The position numbers and the translations under genes are program-made. Shown here in pieces: positions 1 to 11,094 of a stretch of 64,000 nucleotides of DNA. Under the pieces are notes generated by a model. The model saw nothing but the letters and a program-made list of their open reading frames with translations. It ran no database searches and was not told where the DNA came from. The DNA comes from Octopus sinensis (Eukaryota), in contig NC_043022.1 in NCBI RefSeq assembly GCF_006345805.1, forward strand, positions 12,834,001-12,898,000. Reading direction: 5' to 3'. Positions within the stretch are counted from its first letter, which is position 1, and each line of letters begins with the position of its first letter.

Positions 1-110
1 AAAAATGCTTAGCGGCATTTCGTCCGTCTTTACGTTCTGATTTCAAATTCCACTGAGGTCGACTTTGCCTTTCATCCCTTCGGTGTTGATAAATTACCAG
101 TTACGCACTG
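1..110 (+). mobile_element. SINE family B fragment (5' end outside window)
   Basis: AAATGCTTAGCGGCATTTCGTCCGTC...TTCAAATTCC (B box)...GTCGACTTTGCCTTTCATCC, shared with many copies in the window. Confidence 0.85.
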
Positions 111-114
111 ACCA

Positions 115-484
115 TGAGCAGAAATAGTGGGGAGCATCATAGCCATGTGTTGAGAGGGATTCTTTGGGGTTTGAATAATTCACCTTTGGAAACAGGGGTG
201 TTTCGTTCAACATCCTTAAACAAACCTTATTCAGGGACATTTTGAGCGGGATGGGTTACTCGACCAGAAGAAAATTCTAACTGGGCCCCACCTGCAAGGT
301 CATGTGCTGTTTATCTTGATATGAGATCACCTTGTCGCGCACATATGGTTGTGATACATGTGCCTAGTGTACCCTTATCAGACGGGTAGTCATGATGGGT
401 ATACTGGGCTTCGTATATTTTACCCCAGTGTCACTTTGATGGCATGCTCTGCTCGCTCACTCAATAATAATAATAATAATAATA
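115..484 (+). mobile_element. Unclassified retroposon 3' end with (AAT)n tail
   Basis: Complex sequence ending CTCACTC(AAT)7; a simple-repeat tail is typical of non-LTR retroposons; family not identified. Confidence 0.5.
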
Positions 485-499
485 AGGGAGGTGGGATAA

Positions 500-1086
500 G
501 AGATTGGTTTCAAATTTTGACACAAGGACAGTAATTTCAGGGTAGGAAGTAAGCTGATTATATCGACTCAGTTCAAGTGGTATTTATTTTATTGACCCCG
601 AAAGGATGAAAGGCAAAGTCGATCTCGGCGGAATTTGAACTCAGAACGTAAAGATGGATGAAATGCCGCTAAGCATTCCACCCGGCGTGCTAACGTTTCT
701 GGTAGCCCGTCGTTGGTTTCAATTTTTGGCACACGTCCGTCATTACATCGACCTCAGTACTCGACTGATACTCATTTTATCGATCCCAAATGATAAACGG
801 CAAAGTCGACCTCGGCAGAATTTGAATTCATAACGAAAAGACGGACGAAATACCTATTTCTTTACTACCCACAAGGGGCTAAACATAGAGGGGGACAAAC
901 AAGGACAGACATAGGTATTAAGTCGATTACATCGACCCCAGTGCGCAATTGGTACTTAATTTATCGACCCCGAAAGGATGAAAGGCAAAGTCGACCTCGG
1001 CGGAATTTGAACTCGTAACGTAAAGACGGACGAAATGCCGCTAAGCATTTTGTCCAGCGTGCTAACGAATCTGCCAACTCACTGCC
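500..1086 (-). mobile_element. Cluster of three head-to-tail SINE family B copies (about 500-720, 720-850, 852-1086)
   Basis: Core GAAAGGATGAAAGGCAAAGTCGACCTCGGCGGAATTTGAACTC recurs three times; the last copy is near full length. Confidence 0.85.
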
Positions 1087-1253
1087 CAAGGTAGTGGAGG
1101 GGGATAAAATATTGAAACAATTTTTTTACAGGATCATTCCAGTCTCCCTCTTAACTGATTTTGTTAATTGCGTATTTCTAAACGAAATTCTCCGGAGATA
1201 TTTTAGATGTTATACATTACGGTTATATGGGGAGAGCAAATTGAAAGACAGGT

Positions 1254-1676
1254 TGGCAATTTTTCATCTCTAGTAGACCTTTCCGTCGATTTCCGTAAAA
1301 AAATATTTTTTTTTACATATGGGCTTGCGGGAACTTTTGAAGTAATGAGAGCGAAAGAGACTAAGAGAAAGCGATTGTATGACGAGGGAAGTTCTTTTGA
1401 AGTTACCGTGCATGGCAAGCATTGATGTACATGTGTGTGTGTGTGTTTGATGGGGTGTGGGAGACAGACAGTATGTTGTATAAGTGAAGTGCTTCTGTTA
1501 GTGTGTGTGAAGAGACAGAGAGTAATGTGTGAAAGAGAGAGATAACTGAAATTTTTTACTCGGTGTATGTGTATATGTATGTATATTACTTCAAAAGTTC
1601 CCGCGAGCCCATATGTAAAAAAAAAAATTTTCTACGGAAATCGACGGAAAGGTCTACTAGAGACGAAAGATCGCCC
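1254..1676. mobile_element. MITE with about 90-bp terminal inverted repeats and a 4-bp target site duplication (AGGT)
   Basis: 1254-1345 (TCTCTAGTAGACCTTTCCGTCGATTTCCGTA...GCGGGAACTTTTGAAGTAAT) is inverted at 1584-1676; AGGT at 1250-1253 and 1677-1680. Confidence 0.75.
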
Positions 1677-2042
1677 AGGTTTATTTAGTAGAATTCGGGG
1701 TCACTAATTTTCAGTATGGATTTTAATTAATGGTCTGGGAACATATAAGAGTGATGCTTCAAAACTCAGAAGGAACCTCGCAACGCCATATTAATTATTT
1801 TTTTTAACGTATCATTCCATCTCCTTTTAGACTATGCTAAATGTGTACTTTTTCAATGAAATTTTCATGTCTTCGGTGAAGTAAATTATAAAAATTTGGA
1901 AGAAAAAAGGGAGTTGTACTTGGAGAAATTTTTGTAATGCCCTTCCTTCTCCTGAAAAGAAGAACGAAAAAAAATTTTATTTTTCCTTTGAGCTGAAACT
2001 TGTCACTTTTCCACCTTATTTTTTTTTTACTCAGGGAAATTA

Positions 2043-2375
2043 TACTTTACTTTTTTACTTGTTTCAGTCATTTGACTGCGGCCATGCTGGAGCACCGCCT
2101 TTAGTCGAGCAAATCGACTCCCGGGACTTATTCTTTTGTAAGCCTAGTACTTATTCTATCGGTCTATTTTGCCGAACCGCTAAGTAACGGGGACGTAAAC
2201 ACACCAGCATCGGTTGTCAAGCAATGCTAGGGGGACAAACACAGACACACAAACACACACATACATACATATATTTATACATATATACGACGGGCTCCTT
2301 TCAGTTTCCGTCTACCAAATCCACTCACAAGGCATTGGTCGGCCCGGGGCTATAGCAGAAGACACTTGCCCAAGG
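2043..2375 (-). mobile_element. SINE family A, 5'-truncated
   Basis: Matches the family A body (GTGGATTTGGTAGACGGAAACTGAAAG; CAGTCAAATGACTGAAACAAGTAAAA tail). Confidence 0.9.
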
Positions 2376-3124
2376 AAAATTATCTGAATGAAATCTTTGT
2401 GGAAAAGTGAGAGTAATTCTCACACTTTAATTATGATATCTCTTTCATTCATTATTATTATTCAAACAAATTAGGTAACGAACTTATTTCAGCGTCAGAA
2501 ATAAAATAAAACTAACGGCATTTCCCTCGAACTTTGATTTTCTAAGCGTAAATCCTGCTGAGGTTAAATTTGCCTTTCATCTTATACGGATTAATAAAAA
2601 AAGAAGTACCAGTCAAGCAGTCCTCGAAAAACTGCTTCCCTCGTACCAAAAATGTGTAATAATTATTATGCGAGCAAATTTTTCGGGGGAAAACTATAAA
2701 TAAAAATTGGAGGGAGATGACCCGAAACTCCTAAATATTATTTTTTTCTTTCTGTTTTTGTTTAAAAATTTTATGAAAATAAACGTAATCTACATCCTCG
2801 ATAACGTATCTCAAGAAAAGTTCATGTTCCAATCCGTTGTACAAGCAATTAAGTTATGGTTAATTAATCTAATTAATTACTAGTAAAATACAGAAAGCTT
2901 GAACAACAGAAGAATATAGAACATACTACTTAATATAATTTGAATCAATTGAAAGATGAATTATATTTTGTGTATTAAAATTAAATACATAAGAGAATTG
3001 AGTCTATTTTCAGTATAAGTTTTATAATGAAGGGAAATTTGCTGGGAAAAGTTAACTGACAACGTGGTGCCCTATTTAGGGTAATAATGAAGCAATAGGA
3101 ATTATCTCCCTTCCATCACGTCAC

Positions 3125-3822
3125 GTTTATCTTTGAGCTGCATTTTCATCATGGGGGAAGAGATGAGAGTTCACAGGCACTAAATCTGGTGAACAGGGCA
3201 GGCGTGGAAGTGTTACCATATTGTTTTTGTCAAGGAACTCACAAATGAGAAGAGTTTGGTGACAGGGTACATTGTCATCATGAAGAATCCAGTTCTTTGC
3301 GTTCCACAGATCTGGTTGCTTTCACCGAATGTCCTCCCTCAAACATTTCAAAACATCGTTGATTGGCTTCTGATGATCCTCAGGCACAAAATGATGAATT
3401 TTCTCCACATTTCTGAGGGGTTCGCTTGTGGTAGGTCTTCCAGACCACTCATTGTGTTCCAGGGATGTTCTTCTGCTTTTGAAGCCCCCATGCCACTCGA
3501 AACCTTGGCTATGATCCATTGCCTCATTGCCGTAAGCTTGCCGAAACATGCTCAATGTCTCTATAGCAGACTTCCCAAGTTTAACACAAAATTTCACGTT
3601 GGCTCTTTGTTCCAATTTCCTGCTCATGACAAAAATCACAGACTACAGCATACACGTGATCACAAAAACACAAATTTCACAACTTGCAATGTAAACACAG
3701 TGATGTCACTCAGCACATTGCCTCATGAAGGTCACTGCTAGCCCTCCCTGTGCACACAATCATGTGCTGCCATCTGTTGGCATGCTACAGAACTAGTCCG
3801 GGAACTTTTTAGTACCACCTCG
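3125..3822 (-). pseudogene. Mariner (Tc1/mariner) transposon remnant with an internally deleted, stop-containing transposase
   Basis: EQRANVKFCVKLGKSAIETLSMFRQAYG...SGRPTT (N-terminal HTH), then in the same frame after a TGA: KQPDLWNAKNWILHDDNVPCH...PCSPDLVP (degenerate HDNAP and YSPDLAP motifs); TIR CGAGGTGGTACTAAAAAGTTCCCGGAC with TA at 3823-3824. Confidence 0.9.
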
Positions 3823-3829
3823 TAGATAG

Positions 3830-4240
3830 ATTGTACCTCTATTTGGTACCTATTTACAGCTAGATAATTTATACCTTCGCATGGTACCTGTTTACAATTA
3901 GGTGAACTAGAAATTATACCAGAATAGATTATGGAACCTGGTGCAACTCCTGGCCTTGTCAGCTCCTGTCCAACTGTACAACCCCTACCAGCATGGAAAA
4001 GAGGCATTAAACGATGATGATGATGATGGTGGTGGTGGTGGTGATGAACTGTACATTCACAAGGTACCTATTTACAGTTAAGTGAGTGTACCTTTGAACT
4101 TGGTACCTATCAACAACAAGATGGACCATATCAATCCACATGGTACCTCTTTACAGCCAGGTGGGTTGTGCCCAAATTTGATACACATTTACAGCTAAGT
4201 GTACAGTACCTTCATATGGTACCTGTTGGCAGCCAAATAG
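3830..4240 (+). repeat. Degenerate tandem repeat of about 40 bp anchored on TGGTACCT(A/G/C)TTTACAG
   Basis: GGTACC-containing motif recurs at roughly regular spacing. Confidence 0.5.
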
Positions 4241-4599
4241 ACTGTGCCACTCTTTGCTATCACATAAATAACTCCCTGATATATTTAGATCATCTACCAA
4301 GAACTTTTTATATCTTTTACCATTGTTAAGTCTCTCTCTCTTCTTAGATCTAAATGCTCTGTGAACAAGTAGGTTTGTTCTTTATTTCAGTTGTTTCATA
4401 TTTTGGTACACTTTATGCGAATCCCTCAGGAATTGTTTCTTGATATTCTCATATTCCTCATCCAACCACAATTTTTTTTATCATTTATCTTTCATTTGCT
4501 TCATTCATTGCTCTGTGGTCATGCTGGGGCACCACCTTCAGGGATTTTAGCCAAACAAATCAACCCCAAGTACTTGTGTGTGTGTGTGTGTGTGTGTTT

Positions 4600-4758
4600 G
4601 CTTCTCAAGTCTGATATTTATTCTAGTGGTCTCTTTTGCTGAACTGCTGGGTTATGTGGACATAAACAAACCGACACCAGTTTTCAAGCAGTGGGATGAG
4701 TTGACAGATATAGACACAAAGACACACACAATGACATATATACATGTGTGTGTGTGTC

Positions 4759-4799
<41 letters not shown>

Positions 4800-5015
4800 A
4801 TATATATATATATATATATACATATATAATATACCATGACCTTCCAGACAGTTTTTGTCCACAAAATCCACTTACAAGACATTGGTCAGACCCTGAGCTA
4901 TAGTAAAAAAAAATACTTGCCCGAGGTACTGCACAGTGGGGACTGAACTCGAAACCCACATCGTTGTTAAGCAAGTTTCTTAACCACACAGCCAATGCCT
5001 GTGCCTATTATTCAT
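4600..5015 (-). mobile_element. SINE family A, degenerate, with internal (CT)/(TA) microsatellite
   Basis: AAATCCACTTACAAGACATTGGTC...ACAGTGGGGACTGAAC...CTTAACCACACAGCC. Confidence 0.8.
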
Positions 5016-5329
5016 ATTTCCCATTTACCTCTTTCTATCTGTCAGTTGCTTCATATTTCGGTTGCACACTTTGTGAATCCCTGAGGAATACTTTCTCACT
5101 CTTTCTCACATTCCTCATTCAACCGCTCTTCCTATTTCCTTTTTATCTCTCTATTTTTTGTCAGTTCTTTAGATTTTTGCTTTTTGTCTTCATTTTATTC
5201 TTCTCTTTCTCATGTGAATGTCTAGTCTTATCAGTCAGCCATGTCTTGCTCCAACTTATCGTATTGCATTCTCTTCTGCTGTGTTTAGACACTCCTTGAG
5301 GCTTCTCCAATAGGTTACTGCATTTGTTA

Positions 5330-6055
5330 TATATATATATATATATATATTATATTATTTACTTATATCATTATGTATATGTATATTTTTATATGTATAA
5401 GAGTGTGAGTATATGCACTCATATGTATATGTATATGTTGTATTATGGGTATGCACCCACACCCATGTGGGTATATATGTAGACTGATTTATATTACATA
5501 ATCTCCGAAGAGGCCTTATGATATTTTTGTAAATGTCTCATTATATATATATATATATATATATATTGACCTACCATAAAGGGCTAGTATTGGTAAAATG
5601 AGACATACTTATCTACATGGCCGAAACAGCTGTAAGATGTAATCAATACTTATATTTATATTTACTTATATTTATATTCTCTTTTATATATATTCTACTT
5701 ATTATACAACATTACTTTTTTATGTAAACTTTTTTATGTACATTCCTTTATGTACACTGATTTGTTCTGCTTTTTATATCTAACCCTACAGTCTCTTATG
5801 TGGTGGTTTAATAAAGTATGTGATTGAGTATTATCTGGTAATTGATATTTGATTTAGATTTATTTCTCCATTTTCTTATCTTGTATTAGTAATTTGTGGT
5901 AAATCATTTTACCTTTGCCCATATAATACAGTAAATGAATTGATTACATCGCAATCATTAACATTTATGTATTAACTTTGTTGGGTACTTCACTAGCAGT
6001 ATATTAGATATATGTTATCCCATGGAGGGTTGCATTTACAACCCCTATCTCAATT

Positions 6056-6060
<5 letters not shown>
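5330..6060 (+). mobile_element. Penelope-like/retrozyme-like element flanked by (TA)n, carrying a hammerhead motif
   Basis: Contains CCGAAGA-GGCC...GGCC-GAAAC-AGCT-GTA; bounded by (TA)n runs. Confidence 0.55.
5501..5638 (+). ncRNA. Type I hammerhead ribozyme motif with a U4-to-C core change and a long loop II
   Basis: Stem I ATCT/AGAT; core CCGAAGA (5505-5511); stem II GGCC/GGCC; GAAAC (5623-5627); palindromic loop AGCT; GUA (5632-5634). Confidence 0.6.
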
Positions 6061-6088
<28 letters not shown>

Positions 6089-6091
<3 letters not shown>

Positions 6092-6511
6092 TGGCTGTGT
6101 GGTAAGTAGCTTGTTTACCAACCACATGGTTCCAGGTTCAGTCCCACTGCATGGCACTTTGAGCAAGTGTCTTCTACTATAAGCCTTGGGCCGACCAAAG
6201 CCTTGTGAGTGGATTTGGTAGACGGAAACTGAAAGAAGCCCGTCATATATATGTATATATATATATATATGTATGTGTGTGTATATGTTTGTGTGTCTGT
6301 GTTTGTCCCCCCCCCCCAAACATCGCTTGACAACCGATGGTGGTGTGTGGTGTGTTTATGTCGCCGTAACTTAGCAGTTCGGCAAAAGAGACTGATTGAA
6401 TAAGTACTAGGCTTACAAAGAATAAATCTTGGGGTCGATTTGTTCGACTAAAGGCGGTGCTCCAGCATAGCCGCAGTCAACTGACTGAAACAAGTAAAAG
6501 AGTAAAGAGTA
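6089..6511 (+). mobile_element. SINE family A, near full length
   Basis: tRNA-like head (TGGCTGTGTGGTAAG A box; GGTTCAGTCCC B box), CORE-like GGCACTTTGAGCAAGTGTCTTCT, internal microsatellite, AAAGAGT tail. Confidence 0.9.
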
Positions 6512-6973
6512 ATATATACACATACACACATACACACCCATACACACACACACACATGCACATGTGTACACTCACACACACACACGCACACATACAATAG
6601 GCTTCTACACAGTTTCTGTCAACCAAATTCACTCATTGGTTGGCCTGAAGCTATAGAAGAAGATACTTGCTCAAGGTGATGTGCAGTGGAGGCTGAACCC
6701 AAAACCACATGGTTGAAAAGTGTGTTTATTAACAACACATCGATGCCTAGGTCACAGTTAGATTGTCGTACAACTGTATTCTGTTCCTGGATACATTTTA
6801 CAAGTTTTAATCTGTTATTTTTCATTAACACAAAATCTGATTTTTTTAAGGATTTCTCTTGGCCTTTTCCATATCCATTTTCTGCGTTAAGAAATTTCAT
6901 GCCATTTTTTTCAATTCCTGAAAGTTAAATACATCAGAAGAACTGTATGATAGCACAAGAAATACAAAAAGAT

Positions 6974-7604
6974 CATCATCATCATTCATCATTGTTCGAC
7001 CGTGGTCGAGACAATGGAATTTACCATGCTACGCCAGACTTCAAGGTCCATCATGGCATTACGGATGTCCTGTTGCTGGATGCCTGTATCCCTGGAGATT
7101 ACATCAGGGTAGGAGAGTGTGCGCCCTCTGGTATCGCGAGTAGATGGCTTCCAGAGGAGAAGAGTAGAAATTACCTCTTTTTCAGCTCTGCAACAATGTC
7201 CAGCAAACTGGACTCTCCTACCTTTCACAAGAGATGACACAGGTGGTAGTTTCCCATATATTTGCATTTTGGTTGGATGACGCTTCCACGAGAGATTTTG
7301 AGCTCTCATAAGGAGGCGAGTGTAGGTTCCTGTTGCTGGATGCCTGTATCCCTGGAGATTACATCAGGGTAGGAGAGTGTGCGCCCTCTGGTATTGCGAG
7401 TAGATGGCTTCCAGAGGAGAAGAGTAGAAACTGCCTCGTTCTCAGCTCTACAACAATATCCAGCAAACTGGACTCACCTACCTTTCACAAGAGATGACAC
7501 AGGTGGTAGTTTCCCATATATTTGCATTTTGGTTGGATGACGCTTCCACAAGAGATTTTGAGCTCTCATAAGGAGGCGAGTGTAGGTTCCATCCAACCGC
7601 CTCT
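6974..7604 (-). mobile_element. 5'-truncated RTE-clade LINE with an internal 260-bp tandem duplication; TSD CAAAAAGAT
   Basis: RLDGTYTRLLMRAQNLSWKRHPT...RRVQFAGHCCRAEKE...YPDVISRDTG (RTE C-terminus); (GAT)n tail; TSD at 6965-6973 and 7605-7613. Confidence 0.85.
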
Positions 7605-7699
7605 CAAAAAGATACAATTATATGTACAATCAAGAGGAGTCAATGGTTGGTGTATTTATAATATAAAAATAATAATGAAATTATTGTATACAGTGCTCA

Positions 7700-8325
7700 G
7701 GTGCACCACAACTTGTCAGAAAGTGCGTATGCAGTAATGTACAAATGTCTGGAAAGCGAACAATGTATGAGTCAGATACATGCTTGTGTGTGTATGGAGG
7801 GGAGAAAATCAGGTGTAGTGTTGGTGAATCTCAGGAAGTGTGGAAGTTTTGAAGGATGCAGTGCTCCGACAACTGACAACTGATGCCGGCAGTTTGTTCC
7901 ATGCTTCAGCAACTCTCAGCGTGAAAAAATGTTTCTTGAAGTCATGGGAGCTGTGTTGTTTTCTGACTTAGTAAATATGTCCACGGGTGTTAGACGGGTG
8001 GAGTTTGAAAAGGTGCTCAGAGTTATTGTTTGTAAGATGGTTGATAATTTTATGGGTGTCTGCCAAGTCAGCTGCCAGACGTTGGAGTTTTAATGTGTCC
8101 ATGCCCAGGGAAGTAAGGCGTTCAGAATATAGCAAATGCCTGATGGAGGGTATTCTTTTGGTTGCACATCGCTGAACGGCTTCCAGATGATTGATATCCT
8201 GGGCAAGATAGGGGTTCCAAACCGGTGATGCAAATTCCAGGTGAGGTCTTACCATAGCTATATAAAGCCGCAGATAGATAGCCGGAGAGTGGCTCGCACA
8301 CGATACTCACTGCAATGCCTCAGCG
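7700..8325 (-). mobile_element. CR1-group LINE 3' fragment (RT C-terminal region)
   Basis: LYIAMVRPHLEFASPVWNPYLAQDINHLEAVQRCATKRIP...LRVAEAWNKLP matches CR1-type RT C-termini; contains stops. Confidence 0.85.
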
Positions 8326-8518
8326 AAAAAGACGAAAGTATGATTTAAATTCGCTTTGTGTATATATTCGTGTGTGGTGCATGCTGGAGCAGTTACAGAT
8401 ACAAAAGGGTTAAAGAACTGCCAATCTTAAAGACAGAAGTCAAGCTAACACAGAAAATGGTGAACAAATGACTACAGTATGCTGCTTATGCTTACATGCA
8501 CAGGGTAAATATGAAATC

Positions 8519-8915
8519 ACTCTCTTTACTCTTTACTCTTTTACTTGTTTCAGTCATTTGACTGCGGCCATGCTGGAGCACCGCCTTTAGTCGAGCAAAT
8601 TGACCCCAGGACTTATTCTTTTTGTAAGCCCAGTACTTATTCTATCGGTCTCTTTTTGCCGAACCGCTAAGTGACGGGGACGTAAACACACCAGCATCGG
8701 TTGTCAAGCAATGCTAGGGGAACAAACACAGACACACAAACACACACACATACATACATATATACGACGGGCTTCTTTCAGTTTCCGTCTACCAAATCCA
8801 CTCACAAGGCATTGGTCGGCCTGGGGCTATAGCAGAAGACACTTGCCAGAACCATGTGGACTGAACCCGGAACCATGTGGTTGGTTAGCAAGCTACTTAC
8901 CACACAGCCACTCCT
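8519..8915 (-). mobile_element. SINE family A
   Basis: Head CACAGCCACTCCT through (ACTCTTT)n tail. Confidence 0.9.
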
Positions 8916-9415
8916 CATGGAATATTTTTATAGAAATGATTGCGGTTCCATAATACTTTTTTGTGAGAGAATATTACAATCTTTCCCAGTCAACAACATG
9001 CGTTAGCTGTTATAGAAACTAGTCATAAATTAACATAATTTGAATATTTGTAATGTTGATCTGCAAATTAACATGGAGGCTGTGTCAGAACACAGCATGC
9101 TGCATTATTTACCGTGAGAGGATTTCTCATGAGGACTTGTGGTGCATAACAGCACTTAAAGTTCTATTGTTGACCGATGAGAACCATCCGCTATGGTTGC
9201 TAGAGCTGCCAGATCACATGAAGATCACCCTGTTATGGGTTCCTCGGTGACAGATGTCCAGCAGCATGACAATAGCCAAATCTCCCATGCTTCTAACAAG
9301 TCCAGTGAAATGGTTCATTAGGTGACTGACTTCCTCTTTTTCCCACACATTACTCACTTGGAAAGAATGTGTTTACATTGTTATGAGACCCACAATAAGG
9401 CTTTATAATATTTAA

Positions 9416-9635
9416 CCCTTTAGCGTTCAGATTACTCTGTCAAACATAATGTTTTTTCATTCACATTGTTTTGAATTAATCCTGTATTATCTTGTAGCTC
9501 TGAGAATTTGATGATGTGATGGTTTATTTTGAGGATGACATTGTAGGATATGGGCAAGAGGCCAGATCTAGATGGTTTGAACATAAAAGAAGTAGAAAAT
9601 TTGGGCCGGATATGGCCAGTTTAAATGCTAAAGGG
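9416..9635 (+). mobile_element. piggyBac-like MITE family P2
   Basis: TTAA|CCCTTTAGCG...TGCTAAAGGG|TTAA; 220 bp. Confidence 0.85.
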
Positions 9636-9865
9636 TTAAGGCCTCTTTTCAGTTTTTGTCAACCAAATCCCTCCACGTGATTTTGGTCAATCCAAGGCTA
9701 TCTTAGAAGACACTTATACAAGATGCCACGCAGTGGGACTGAACCCAAAACCAAATCGTTGGGAAGTGAACTTCTTATCCATACAGCCATGCCACTAAAT
9801 GTGTGGTCGCTAGACCTGCTGGCAACAGCAGCCAAATGTCTGACAAATTACCCTGTCAACTTTAA

Positions 9866-10445
9866 CCCTTTAGCATTCAGATTACTCTGTCAAATGTGGA
9901 GCTTATTTACTCTTTTACTTGTTTCAGTCATTTGACTGCGGCCATGCTGGAGCACCACCTTTAGTCGAGCAAATCGACCCCGGGACTTATTCTTTGTAAG
10001 CCCAGTACTTATTCTATCGGTCTCTTTTTGCCGAACTGCTAAGTGACAGGGACATAAAGACACCAGCATCGGGGACAAACACAGGCACACAAACACACAC
10101 ATATATATATATATACACATATACGACAGGCTTCTTTCAGTTTCCGTCTACCAAATCCACTCACAAGGCATTGGTTGGCCCGGGGCTATAGCAGAAGCTA
10201 CTTGCCCAAGATGCCACGCAGTGGGACTGAACCCGGAACCATGTGGTTGGTTAGCAAGCTACTTACCACACAGCCACTCCTGCGCCTATTTACATACATT
10301 TTGAAATAATCATGCATTATCCTGTAGCTTCAAGTGTTTGATGATGTGATTGTTTATTTTTTGAATGACATTGTAGGGCAAGTGTGAGAGGCTGGATCTA
10401 ACTGGTTTGAACATTAAACAGGTAGAATATCTGGGCTGGATATGA
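9866..10445 (+). mobile_element. MITE P2 interrupted by a SINE A (9911-10286, minus strand; TSD TATTTAC)
   Basis: The MITE resumes after the SINE; TATTTAC at 9904-9910 and 10287-10293. Confidence 0.8.
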
Positions 10446-10884
10446 CCAAGGATATACTTACTACATAAGAGATGAGGTGGACAGTATTTAATACCTTAGA
10501 CACATGTTACCATCAGAATTTCCTGGTTCAATTCTCACTCTATCCAACTACACATGCTGTCATTTTGTGGCATGTTGACCAAGAGAGCTTCTGCATGGTC
10601 ACTCTATCTGCATGAAAAAGCAGCCTAATCTCTCACTAAGTATTGCCTTATTTGAGGTAGTGCTAGTAGTTGTGGTGGGGAAGTAGTGGAGATGTGTAAT
10701 GGTGGTGGTGGAATTTGTGGTGAGACTATGGAAGTGGTAGCGGTAGTAGTGTTGATGTATGAAGCTTGTGGCAAGTAACTGAAGACGGTGGTGGGAATGT
10801 TGGTGGCTGTGGGGGTGGTGATGATGTGTGTGGTAGTGGTCGTAGCAGTGGTTGTTGAAAGGAGTGGTAACTGTTGTATAGTTC

Positions 10885-11060
10885 AGCTCAGCTCGGACGA
10901 AGCAGACCTATGACGAAAGTCATTCCAGCCATGACCAACACAATTATTTCAAAATGTTCTTTCATTTCTTTAAACTCTATGGGGTGTGATGTGATTCAAA
11001 GGATGTTTAGTTGCTATTTCTAGCAGGCCTAGCAACTGCACGGAGACTCCATGGTTGGTA
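10885..11060 (+). repeat. Ancient dispersed repeat family D (also about 17570-17800, 36840-36930, 44120-44480, 51600-51700, 59520-59570; inverted at about 21200-21420 and 55760-55900)
   Basis: Recurring GACCTATGATCAAAGGCATTCCAGCCATGACC and GATTTGGCTGCTATTTCTAGCAGG motifs, highly diverged. Confidence 0.6.
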
Positions 11061-11094
11061 GGTGTAGATGCAGGGGAAGGGTGTTTATCCAAAA

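Noticed and set aside
9190-9321. Short + strand frame MVARAARSHEDHPVMGSSVTDVQQHDNSQISHASNKSSEMVH
   Set aside because: No good acceptor, no recognisable homology, and a length expected by chance
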